IMG/VR virus record: IMGVR_UViG_3300017913_001079
Location: 1 to 29,918 of that record
Origin: a virus
Taxonomy: Duplodnaviria > Caudoviricetes
DNA: 29,918 bases
Reading direction: 5' to 3' (one strand)
In this document: piece by piece, positions 17,557 to 25,564 of the stretch
How the letters are laid out: each line of letters begins with the position of its first letter
How positions within the stretch are numbered: the stretch's first letter is position 1
The notes under the pieces: generated by a model
What the model was told of the DNA's origin: nothing
Seen by the model: only the letters and a program-made list of their open reading frames with translations
Database searches by the model: none
Program-made: the position numbers and the translations under genes

Positions 17557-17753
17557 ACAACTACGAAATCAAGACAGAAGGTAAGACTCATACCATCTTA
17601 GAGAAAGCTACTGGCTATGAAGTGTTCTCATCTAACAATAAACGTAAAGCATACAAGCAATTAGCTCATTTTAACATGGGTGGATGCTTTGATGGCTGGA
17701 CTCCATCGTTTTTTCTGACAGAAATTCCAGAAAATTATTACGAAGAAGGGTAA
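17553..17753 (+). CDS. hypothetical protein
   Basis: ATGA overlap with gp41 and SD GGAGG upstream; contains NMGGCFDGWTPSFF. Confidence 0.7.
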   Translation: MNNYEIKTEGKTHTILEKATGYEVFSSNNKRKAYKQLAHFNMGGCFDGWTPSFFLTEIPENYYEEG

Positions 17754-17759
17754 TAAAGT

Positions 17760-17767
17760 TATAAATA
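17760..17767 (+). promoter_or_regulatory. T4-type late promoter
   Basis: Exact intergenic TATAAATA. Confidence 0.75.
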
Positions 17768-17771
17768 GTTA

Positions 17772-17975
17772 CGCCGGGTAGTGTGTTTCACGATCTGTAT
17801 CCTCTACCTGCAGATTGCTCGTTGGTTAGCAGATGCCAGTGGCAAGAGCGCTAGTAAGGTCCGTGCGGGGATCCCTAATGCTGATTGGAAGTGACGGGAA
17901 GTATACTTTGGGGTTAAGCCTGTCCGAGCAATAGACAAGAAGAAAGCGGCCGGATTGCACGTCTGGCCGCTTTTA
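17772..17975 (+). ncRNA. putative structured non-coding RNA (~200 nt), family not recognised
   Basis: GC-rich, no + strand ORF, bounded by a late promoter and a terminator, with multiple nested helices. Confidence 0.6.
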
Positions 17976-17979
17976 CTTT
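17943..17979 (+). terminator. intrinsic terminator (possibly bidirectional)
   Basis: AAAGCGGCCGGA-TTGCACG-TCTGGCCGCTTT followed by TACTTT. Confidence 0.8.
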
Positions 17980-18092
17980 GTGAAGGGTTATTGTTATTGG
18001 TTGGGTCAAAGTTTGTATAACTCATGTGGATATTTATGATCTAGAACTCTCGGAAACACGTAAAATAAATATTTTTTTGAGTGTATTGTTTT

Positions 18093-18114
18093 TATAAATA
18101 AATGCATATAAATA
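18093..18114 (+). promoter_or_regulatory. tandem late promoters
   Basis: TATAAATA at 18093 and 18107 within an AT-rich spacer. Confidence 0.75.
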
Positions 18115-18143
18115 AACCCTTAATGCGCAACAAGGTAATTAAA

Positions 18144-18833
18144 ATGACTGAAGAAGTTAAAAAATCTTATATTGAGATGATCGCTGAGAAGATGAGTCAT
18201 GAAGCTCGTCACAACAGCTTTTATCAACTCGACGAGAAACCATCTGACAAACCTGATCTGGATAATGCCGACAAGGTAAATGCAGAGAAGAAAAATGCAC
18301 CAGGTGAGAAAGCTACACCTGCTGCTCCAGCTGAAGAAAAAGCTGGTGTCGGTGGTGACACAAGTCGTCCAAAAGACAAATCAAACGGTGACAAAGCTCC
18401 ATTGAAAATGAAGAATGGTGCTGAGATTGCTGAGAACCCAGACAACGCAGGTGCTTATGAAGCAATGGGTGTTAAGCTGGGTGAAGATACTGAGCTTGAC
18501 GAAATGTCTTCTAAAGAGAAAATGAAGCGTGGTCTGTACAACAAGAAAGCCAAGAACGAAGCAGCTGATGTTGATTCCGACAATGCTGAAAAAGCTCTGA
18601 AGCATGATTGTGCAACACACGTTGTCCACAAAGAGCATGGCGAAGGTAAATGTATCCCAGGCATGCACACTCTTGAAGAAGACGAAGAAGGTAACGGATA
18701 CGTAACTCACTATGACGTAATGTTCGATGGTGAAGATGGTCCATACATCGTTGAAGATATTGCAGTAGAAGATCTGGAAATCGTTCAAGAGATGAGCCAC
18801 GGTCACGCCAAGAAGAAAAAGTCTAAAATGTAA
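18144..18833 (+). CDS. late, probably head-internal protein with His/Cys-rich C-terminal domain
   Basis: Low-complexity charged N-terminal half with LDE/IAE/LGE motifs, then HDCATHVVHKEHGEGKC..GMH...HYDVMF...HGH. Start taken as ATG 18144. Confidence 0.75.
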   Translation: MTEEVKKSYIEMIAEKMSHEARHNSFYQLDEKPSDKPDLDNADKVNAEKKNAPGEKATPAAPAEEKAGVGGDTSRPKDKSNGDKAPLKMKNGAEIAENPDNAGAYEAMGVKLGEDTELDEMSSKEKMKRGLYNKKAKNEAADVDSDNAEKALKHDCATHVVHKEHGEGKCIPGMHTLEEDEEGNGYVTHYDVMFDGEDGPYIVEDIAVEDLEIVQEMSHGHAKKKKSKM

Positions 18834-18853
18834 TTCTTCTCCTAGAATGAGAG

Positions 18854-18891
18854 AAGCCTCCAGGATATAAATATCCTTGGAGGCTTTTTTT
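18854..18891 (+). terminator. terminator hairpin containing a late promoter and the next gene's SD
   Basis: AAGCCTCCA-GGATATAAATATCC-T-TGGAGGCTT followed by a T-tract. TATAAATA at 18866-18873, GGAGG at 18879-18883. Confidence 0.8.
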
Positions 18892-19833
18892 ATGGCTATA
18901 CAACAACAATATATCGTTTCAGAGCTTGAGAAAATGGGATATACGGTTACGACCAAATCCCAACGAAACATATCAATCATGCTCGGTCCTAAAGATGGCC
19001 GCCGGGTTGATACGCTAGAACTCATTGAGAGCAAGTTCAAAGGTATCGGTGCTGTTTATAACACTAAAGGTTCTGGTTCTACTATTGGTCGTGTTGAACT
19101 TGACAAACTGATCATATTTGCTAAACCAGCAAACAGACAGGGTGCTCAATCAGCTGGTATTGAAAATGAAATGAAGTTGATTGAGTATATCAATAGTGTT
19201 TCAGAAGGCGATTCGATTAACATTCAGTTTGTTGGAAAGAATGGTAGAGTAACATACAAAGACATTACTGAAGCAAGAGAGATGGGTCGTGTTACAGGAG
19301 GATATGCTAAGTCTGATGTGGACTTAATTGATTCTAGAGGTCGTAAGGTGATAGGTCTTTCTCTCAAACAGGCTGATGCTGAAGCCTGGGGTGCATTTGA
19401 TGCTGACAAACAAGCTATGGATGAGGTTCGTGCAGCCCTACAAAGAGGCGAAGCTGCAGGGATCGTTAATGTAACTCAAATGCCAGGTGGCTACTTTCAA
19501 CTGCAGAACAAAGGAAGAAAGATCAATGTCACCTTCCCTATATCAAGAGGACTTGCATATGATGCTGTCTTTGGAAGAGTTGATGATAAAAAGCTAGTAG
19601 TAATCAAACAAACATTTAGATCAAATCATTTTAGTGTGAAAGATGATACAATCGTTATAGAAGTAGAGAAAGTGTACAAAGATCTCAATCAGATAATGAG
19701 AGATCCAAATGATGCTCCTGTATGGAATGTTATGAATAGTGCAACACGTAATCCATCAGCACTAGGTATCAAAGGATTACGCCCATTAGTGCAGGCTAAA
19801 AGTCGTGCAAGAAGTTCAGTACCAATAAAATAA
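18892..19833 (+). CDS. putative PD-(D/E)xK endonuclease
   Basis: AGIENE...KSDV...IGLSLKQ motif arrangement in a basic protein. Confidence 0.6.
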   Translation: MAIQQQYIVSELEKMGYTVTTKSQRNISIMLGPKDGRRVDTLELIESKFKGIGAVYNTKGSGSTIGRVELDKLIIFAKPANRQGAQSAGIENEMKLIEYINSVSEGDSINIQFVGKNGRVTYKDITEAREMGRVTGGYAKSDVDLIDSRGRKVIGLSLKQADAEAWGAFDADKQAMDEVRAALQRGEAAGIVNVTQMPGGYFQLQNKGRKINVTFPISRGLAYDAVFGRVDDKKLVVIKQTFRSNHFSVKDDTIVIEVEKVYKDLNQIMRDPNDAPVWNVMNSATRNPSALGIKGLRPLVQAKSRARSSVPIK

Positions 19834-19856
19834 TTTAGTTTTTTTTAAAATAACTG

Positions 19857-19885
19857 TTGACCTTTCTCCGATTATATGTGATAGT
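19857..19885 (+). promoter_or_regulatory. putative early promoter
   Basis: AT-rich UP-like element plus TTGACC-17-GATAGT. Confidence 0.6.
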
Positions 19886-19908
19886 AAGATATAGTCAAGA
19901 GAGAGGAA

Positions 19909-20178
19909 ATGATTATGACATATACAAAAACACTGATGAATTCAATGACACCTTTTGAAGCGTTTATCAATGACGTTCTGAACGATGCGTTCTTGAAGGC
20001 TGTGGAGTCCAACAACCCGCTTCGTGAACAGAGCCTTCGTGGTAAGATCACTCTCGCTGAGTTGGATCAGATCATCTATGCTCACCCTTATTATGAGGAA
20101 GTGTCGATGGACACAATCGAAGATGCTGTTGTTGAGATTGAAAAGCATCTAGAGAAGGACAATCGTCTCGCAATCTAA
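19909..20178 (+). CDS. hypothetical protein
   Basis: 89-aa helical ORF with SD GAGAGGA and its own promoter. Confidence 0.75.
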   Translation: MIMTYTKTLMNSMTPFEAFINDVLNDAFLKAVESNNPLREQSLRGKITLAELDQIIYAHPYYEEVSMDTIEDAVVEIEKHLEKDNRLAI

Positions 20179-20180
20179 TG

Positions 20181-20209
20181 TTGACTTTTTAGTCAATATA
20201 GGTGATGAT
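20181..20209 (+). promoter_or_regulatory. putative early promoter with palindrome over -35
   Basis: TTGACT-17-GATGAT, with the inverted repeat TTGACT-TTTT-AGTCAA. Confidence 0.55.
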
Positions 20210-20233
20210 AAAGCATAAGTGAGAGAGATTGTT

Positions 20234-21334
20234 ATGACTAAGAATACACATATGGAACATATTGAGGACCTTATCATCAACGAAGGATATGTTGGTGGTA
20301 TCAAGGCCCTCCGTCACCTGTTGGATCTTCGCGAGAGCTTTGATAATGTAACTGTGAAGTGGGACGGTGCTCCTGCTATCTTCTTTGGCGTTGATCCAAC
20401 AGACCGTCGATTCTTTGTAGCTAAGAAGGGTATCTTCAACAAGAACCCTAAGGTGTACAAGTCTGTATACCAGATTACTAGTGAGCTGCAAGGCGATCTG
20501 TGCATGAAGATGGTCCAAGCATTCCAGTGGCTAGAGAAGCTGAACATCTCCGAAGGTGTATACCAAGGTGATCTGATGTGGACTGCTGATGATGTTACTG
20601 ATGGCTCTGTTCATCCTAACACTCTGATGTATGAGATTCCTGAATCTCTTACTCATAAGTTTGGTATCGTTGTACATACGAAGTATCAAGGTAGTAGCTT
20701 TGAGACTATGCGTGCTAAGTTCATCAAGAAGATTCCTGACTGGATGACTCTTGTTGATGGTCTATGGATTCGTGGTGCTGGCTATGAGGGTCAGCGTACT
20801 GAGTTCAACATCAATGACCGTATCGGTCAGCTGTTCGATATCCTTAACAAGATTGATACGAGCTACCTTGATGGCTTAGCTGCTTCTGAGCTTTCTCAGC
20901 AACGTCTGAAGTGCTTTATCAATACATTCATTCGTAGCAATAGTAAGATTGAATGGAACCAGTTTCGTTCATGGAACAATGCTTACTACAATGCTGAGAT
21001 GGATAAGCGTAAGACTGAGAAGGGCAAGGCTACTGTTGAGGCTAAACGTAAGGAAGTTGACCGTACTGTGGTTGACTTCTTTGACCACCAGTTCAACCTA
21101 TTGAGCGAGTTCTATCTGCTTATGATCGAAGCTAAGTCTGAGATCATTGACGTAATGAATCGTTCTTCGTCTGGTCCTTCGTGCTATTTCTTACATAAGG
21201 ATGGCTTGCTTGAGGAGACTAATCCTGAGGGTTATGTTTCAATCTCTAAGCATGGTGCTGTTAAGCTAGTTGATCGTTGGATGTTCAGCCGAGCTAACTT
21301 TTCAGATGAACTTATCAAAGGCTGGGAGAAGTAA
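20234..21334 (+). CDS. ATP-dependent ligase/nucleotidyltransferase-fold protein (DUF6267-like)
   Basis: KNTHMEHIED, TVKWDGAPA (motif I KxDG), YQGDLM (motif III), PEGYV (motif IV) and VKLVDR (motif V). Confidence 0.75.
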   Translation: MTKNTHMEHIEDLIINEGYVGGIKALRHLLDLRESFDNVTVKWDGAPAIFFGVDPTDRRFFVAKKGIFNKNPKVYKSVYQITSELQGDLCMKMVQAFQWLEKLNISEGVYQGDLMWTADDVTDGSVHPNTLMYEIPESLTHKFGIVVHTKYQGSSFETMRAKFIKKIPDWMTLVDGLWIRGAGYEGQRTEFNINDRIGQLFDILNKIDTSYLDGLAASELSQQRLKCFINTFIRSNSKIEWNQFRSWNNAYYNAEMDKRKTEKGKATVEAKRKEVDRTVVDFFDHQFNLLSEFYLLMIEAKSEIIDVMNRSSSGPSCYFLHKDGLLEETNPEGYVSISKHGAVKLVDRWMFSRANFSDELIKGWEK

Positions 21335-21987
21335 TGGATCGTCTGGTCTATCAAGTACAATGGGGCAACGGTGCCATTCATTCGGATGATGTATTAGAAG
21401 GTTTGGAGTGGTGTAGCAAGTCTGTTCAGGATTACTGTGATCGATTGAAAAGTGATTATCAAAAGTTCTATGTACCTGATCAGGAGCATGTATTACTACA
21501 AAAGTTTCTAGCCATTAAACCTCACATCAACGATTATGATGACTTCTTGTTTATCGATCTTGATGTTCATATCGCACCGCGCGCTGAGTTTGTAATCAGA
21601 GAAGCAGACCTTCAGGTTAAACTGTATAGGATTGCTAACTCTTTGACATGTGAACCTGATGGTACGCCTATCATGGCTCAGATTGTACCTCCTGTAAACT
21701 ATCCTAATAGTGGTGTGATGTTAGTCTCGCAACGACTAATGAAGCAGATCATTGAGTATATTGAGAGTGTAGATCTAGATTCACTTCCTCATTACTGTAC
21801 TGGTATCGATGAAGGTATCTTGTATGACTTCATGCATACTGAGATGAAGTATGGTGATTTCCTTGAGCTTCCATACAAGTACAATAGTATGGTGTTATAT
21901 CCTCATCAAATCAATGATGACACACAACTGTTCAGACATTTTTGTGGTCCAGAAGGAAAAGAGCTACTAAAGAGTTATTATAAATAA
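21334..21987 (+). CDS. GT-A glycosyltransferase (GT8/GT34-like)
   Basis: FLFIDLDV, PNSGVMLV, DEG, LPYKYN and HFCG. Confidence 0.75.
   Translation: MDRLVYQVQWGNGAIHSDDVLEGLEWCSKSVQDYCDRLKSDYQKFYVPDQEHVLLQKFLAIKPHINDYDDFLFIDLDVHIAPRAEFVIREADLQVKLYRIANSLTCEPDGTPIMAQIVPPVNYPNSGVMLVSQRLMKQIIEYIESVDLDSLPHYCTGIDEGILYDFMHTEMKYGDFLELPYKYNSMVLYPHQINDDTQLFRHFCGPEGKELLKSYYK
21979..21986 (+). promoter_or_regulatory. T4-type late promoter
   Basis: TATAAATA 5 nt before ATG 21992. Confidence 0.7.
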
Positions 21988-21991
21988 CATT

Positions 21992-22378
21992 ATGGCAGCT
22001 GTACACACTCTCAAAAAGACTCGCAACGAAGTCGTATTAAAGATATACAGAACCGATAATGGCGGTGGCACAGAGCAAATCGAACTTGATAGCGATAAGA
22101 TCAAGTTGGATAATGAGACATTTGTAGGTGCTGATGCTGAAGTAACAATTACAGAGATTTATTGGGGAACCAAACCTAATAAACACGTAGACATTTCTCG
22201 TGTAAATGATCCAGTTGCCAATACTATTCATGGACATTATTATCTACAAGGTGCAGGTCATTATGACTATAACGGCTTTGCTGACGATGTCTATTCGAAT
22301 GGAGCTGTCAGAGTCACTGGCGATGGTCCATTCCATGTTATCCTGAAGTTGACTAAAACTTCAGGCTATAACGTCTAA
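21992..22378 (+). CDS. late beta-rich hypothetical (probable virion) protein
   Basis: 128 aa behind a late promoter; ends ILKLTKTSGY. Confidence 0.75.
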   Translation: MAAVHTLKKTRNEVVLKIYRTDNGGGTEQIELDSDKIKLDNETFVGADAEVTITEIYWGTKPNKHVDISRVNDPVANTIHGHYYLQGAGHYDYNGFADDVYSNGAVRVTGDGPFHVILKLTKTSGYNV

Positions 22379-22382
22379 GTCT

Positions 22383-22390
22383 TATAAATA
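22383..22390 (+). promoter_or_regulatory. T4-type late promoter
   Basis: Exact intergenic TATAAATA. Confidence 0.75.
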
Positions 22391-22429
22391 AGCATGTATA
22401 CATTAACCCGGTAAGTCTAAGGAAAACCC

Positions 22430-24313
22430 GTGGAACCGAAAAAGAAAAAGTCGAAGAAAAATCCTGAGATCAAAGTATCTAAGGACACAATTGTTGCAAT
22501 GGATCCAGATATCAAGCTGAAAGGCGAGAGAGAAGATCAGCAACAAATTGGTGAAGCAGCTGAAAAGACAGCTGTTTTTGCGTTTGGGCGCATGAATCCT
22601 CCTACAACTGGTCACGAAAAGCTGATGCATGCAGTGCATAAGACTGCACAAGCGCACGGTGCCAAAGGCCATGTTGTAACATCTCACTCACATGATAATA
22701 AGAAGAATCCACTTCCTCAGGCTAAGAAGATCTCTTACCTGAAGAAGCTGCATCCGCATGTTGATGTTCATGGTTCTTCTAAGTCAGCTCCTACTATGCT
22801 GCATCATGCTTCTAAGCTGCATGCGCAAGGCCATAAGCATCTGGTCATGGTAGCTGGTTCGGATCGTACTAAAGAGTTCGAGAACACATTAAAGAAATAT
22901 AATGGTCAAAAGGGTCCGCACGGACACTATAATTTTAAGTCAATCAAAGTAGTTTCATCTGGTTCGAGAGATCCAGATTCAGAGGGTGTGTCTGGAATGT
23001 CCGGCACTAAGATGCGTGCACACGCTAAGGCAGGCGACCATAAGTCGTTCAAAAAAGGTCTGCCTACAGCTCTGCACAAGCATGCTGGTGACATCATGAA
23101 GCACATTAACGAAGGTATGGAAGACATTAATCAAGCATTTGAAGAGCTGACAGAAGCTCTTACTGTTGCAGGTCGTCGTAAGAAGGCTATTGCAATGAGA
23201 CGTAATCGTCTGAAACTGAAGAGAGCTAAGAAGCGTATGAAGTATAAGTTCGCTTCTAAAGACCAGTTAAAAAGACGTGCACGCCGTAAAGCCGTTCAAG
23301 CTATCAAGACTCGTCTTGCTGGTAAGGCTGGTAAAGAATACAGAAAGGCCTCATACGGCCAGAAGGCTGCTATCGATAAGCGTGTAGCAACTCGTAAAGC
23401 AATCATCAACAAGATTGCAACACGTAACATGCCTAAGGCTCGTAAGGCAGAAGCTGGTCGTCTCAAAGCTGCTCGTTCAGTTAGAGAACAGTTTGAAGCA
23501 CTGATCGAGATGAAATTGGATCACAGTAAACGTAATCCTTATCCAGAAGGCTCAGCAATGCATAAAGCAATGAAAGCCATCGATCAGAAGTTCAATAAGA
23601 CTGCCAACCAGAATCGTCGTATTGATCTTGAGAAGAAACGTAATGCTGATCCAGGATTCAGAGCTTTTGTACAAAAGAAAGCTATGAAGAAAAGAGGCAT
23701 GAGTGAAGGCGCTAACGATGGTGCAGAGCAGCCTAAGTATCATGCTGGTATGAGTGATAGCACTAAAGAGAAGCGTGTAGCTCAGTTTAAGAAGCAAGCT
23801 AAGATGGCTGATGATAATCCAAAAGCCTATAAGCCTGCTCCTGGCGACAAGACAGCCAAGACCAAACCATCCAAGTATACGAAACAGTATCACGATATGT
23901 ATGGTGAAAGTGTAGAGATGGAGATGAAAGAATTCTTCAATCTGATCGATACGTTTGAAGAAGCTATGGATCCTCTGCAAGCCAAACACGATCGTCAAAA
24001 GAAACAGCTGAAAATTAGACACGAGCGTGAGAAGTCACGTCAACAAGTCAGAGCTATCCGTCGTGAAGATGTAAATGAAATCTTTGATGCTTTGATTCTA
24101 ACTGAGAAATCTGGTAGTGCATTGGCTGATAAAGCATCTAAGTCTGGTATCTCTGTTGGTACACTTCGTAAAGTATACAACAGAGGTGTTGCTGCTTGGA
24201 AGACTGGTCATAGACCAGGAACAACACCACAGCAGTGGGGCTATGCGAGAGTGAATGCATTTATCGCTAAGAAGAAAAAAGGTAACCTCAATCACGATAA
24301 GGACCTTGCATAA
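22430..24313 (+). CDS. multidomain late protein: HIGH-family (cytidylyltransferase-like) nucleotidyltransferase + basic modules
   Basis: FAFGRMNPPTTGHEKL, KNPL, VAGSDR and MSGTKMR, followed by K/R-rich modules including KTKPSKYT and LRKVYNRGVAAWKTGHRPGTTPQQWGYARVNAF. GTG start. Confidence 0.85.
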   Translation: MEPKKKKSKKNPEIKVSKDTIVAMDPDIKLKGEREDQQQIGEAAEKTAVFAFGRMNPPTTGHEKLMHAVHKTAQAHGAKGHVVTSHSHDNKKNPLPQAKKISYLKKLHPHVDVHGSSKSAPTMLHHASKLHAQGHKHLVMVAGSDRTKEFENTLKKYNGQKGPHGHYNFKSIKVVSSGSRDPDSEGVSGMSGTKMRAHAKAGDHKSFKKGLPTALHKHAGDIMKHINEGMEDINQAFEELTEALTVAGRRKKAIAMRRNRLKLKRAKKRMKYKFASKDQLKRRARRKAVQAIKTRLAGKAGKEYRKASYGQKAAIDKRVATRKAIINKIATRNMPKARKAEAGRLKAARSVREQFEALIEMKLDHSKRNPYPEGSAMHKAMKAIDQKFNKTANQNRRIDLEKKRNADPGFRAFVQKKAMKKRGMSEGANDGAEQPKYHAGMSDSTKEKRVAQFKKQAKMADDNPKAYKPAPGDKTAKTKPSKYTKQYHDMYGESVEMEMKEFFNLIDTFEEAMDPLQAKHDRQKKQLKIRHEREKSRQQVRAIRREDVNEIFDALILTEKSGSALADKASKSGISVGTLRKVYNRGVAAWKTGHRPGTTPQQWGYARVNAFIAKKKKGNLNHDKDLA

Positions 24314-25563
24314 TGGCAAAGACACCTACGATTGGCGGTATCAAGATGAAGAAGCTCGGCAAGGGTAAACCTGGCCGTATGAAGAGTCTTGTTAAGCGTC
24401 ATCTGGGTGATAAAGCTGCAGATAAGATCACCAAGTCTGATGGTGCAGCTCTTATGGCAAAAGGTAAGAAGACAGGTGATACCGAACTTATGAGAAAAGG
24501 CTCGTTCATTAAGAACATGATGGGTGAAAGCATGTACAAAAGTCCAGCTCACAAACGTCTACAGAAGCATATGGATAAGATTCGTAAGACGAGAAGCTAT
24601 AAAGATACAGTCAAGAAGTATGGTGGTACACCTCTGAAACCAGGTGAGCAGAATCCAATGATGCCGACCAAAGAAGATGTTGGATTTCCTGATGATGGAT
24701 TTGGTACACCTAAAGGTGACAAGAAAGCTAGAGCAATGACTCCTGGTCAAAGCGCAACTAAAGCAGCTAACAGAGCTCGCAAGATGCGGGAACAGTCGAC
24801 CCCTTTTGCTGAATCCAAAGAGTATCAACGTACAAAAGAGCTTGCTCGCGCCGGTCTGATTGGTAAGAAAGATCTGTCTACATTTGAATACATCATGCGT
24901 AAGATGGATAATGGTCAAGCTCTTACTCAGAAAGAACGTAACTTTGTAGCTGGTATCTATGACAATCTATTGAAGTCTATCATTAAGAATCCAGATCTGT
25001 TTACACGTTTCAGAGCAATGGCTCGTCGTGGTAAATTTAATGAAGAGTTTGTTGATGATGTTAATGAGCTTCATGAAGCTACCGAAAGACTTGCCGAGTT
25101 GGAAGAGAAGGTTCTGACAAAGGCTGAGAAGAAGAAACGTGAAGAAGTAGCACAAGCAATTCAACGTGACAATCCAGGTATGCCAATGGCTAAGAAGATG
25201 GCAATTGCTACAGCAACAGCTAAACGCGTTGCTGAAGAAGCCTGCTGTGATGATTGTTCATCTCTCGATGAAGAGTTAATCGAAGAAGAAGTTCTGATCA
25301 TGGAAGCTGGTGAGAAGAAAAAGGTAAAACTGAACAAGATCCAACGTGGTGGTTCAAAGAAATTTTATGTTTATACACGAAACGACAAAGGCAACGTTGT
25401 CAAAGTTTCGTTTGGAGACCCAGGTCTCTCAATCAAAAGAGATGATCCAGAGCGTCGTAAGTCTTTTAGAGCAAGACACAATTGCGACAATCCTGGACCA
25501 AAATGGAAAGCTCGTTACTGGAGTTGCCGCCAGTGGAGAGCCGGAAGCAAAGTAGAGGGCTAA
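24313..25563 (+). CDS. basic modular late protein
   Basis: TAATG-coupled. K-rich modules and a C-terminal domain KKFYVY...VKVSFGD...RRKSFRARHNC....KARYWSC. Confidence 0.8.
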   Translation: MAKTPTIGGIKMKKLGKGKPGRMKSLVKRHLGDKAADKITKSDGAALMAKGKKTGDTELMRKGSFIKNMMGESMYKSPAHKRLQKHMDKIRKTRSYKDTVKKYGGTPLKPGEQNPMMPTKEDVGFPDDGFGTPKGDKKARAMTPGQSATKAANRARKMREQSTPFAESKEYQRTKELARAGLIGKKDLSTFEYIMRKMDNGQALTQKERNFVAGIYDNLLKSIIKNPDLFTRFRAMARRGKFNEEFVDDVNELHEATERLAELEEKVLTKAEKKKREEVAQAIQRDNPGMPMAKKMAIATATAKRVAEEACCDDCSSLDEELIEEEVLIMEAGEKKKVKLNKIQRGGSKKFYVYTRNDKGNVVKVSFGDPGLSIKRDDPERRKSFRARHNCDNPGPKWKARYWSCRQWRAGSKVEG

Positions 25564-25564
25564 A

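Noticed and set aside
17772-17975. tRNA, tmRNA, RNase P or hammerhead identity for the structured RNA
   Set aside because: No TTCRA T-loop or CCA end, no tag reading frame, no GAGGAAAGTCC and no CTGATGA/GAAA core.
17804-18025. 73-aa minus-strand ORF over the ncRNA candidate
   Set aside because: No SD or recognisable protein features. The + strand promoter, terminator and helices explain the region better.
18381-19040. 219-aa minus-strand ORF (also 25466-26149, 23552-24022 and the other minus-strand ORFs)
   Set aside because: These are antisense shadows of well-supported + strand genes, with no motifs or SD and compositions mirroring the + strand codons.
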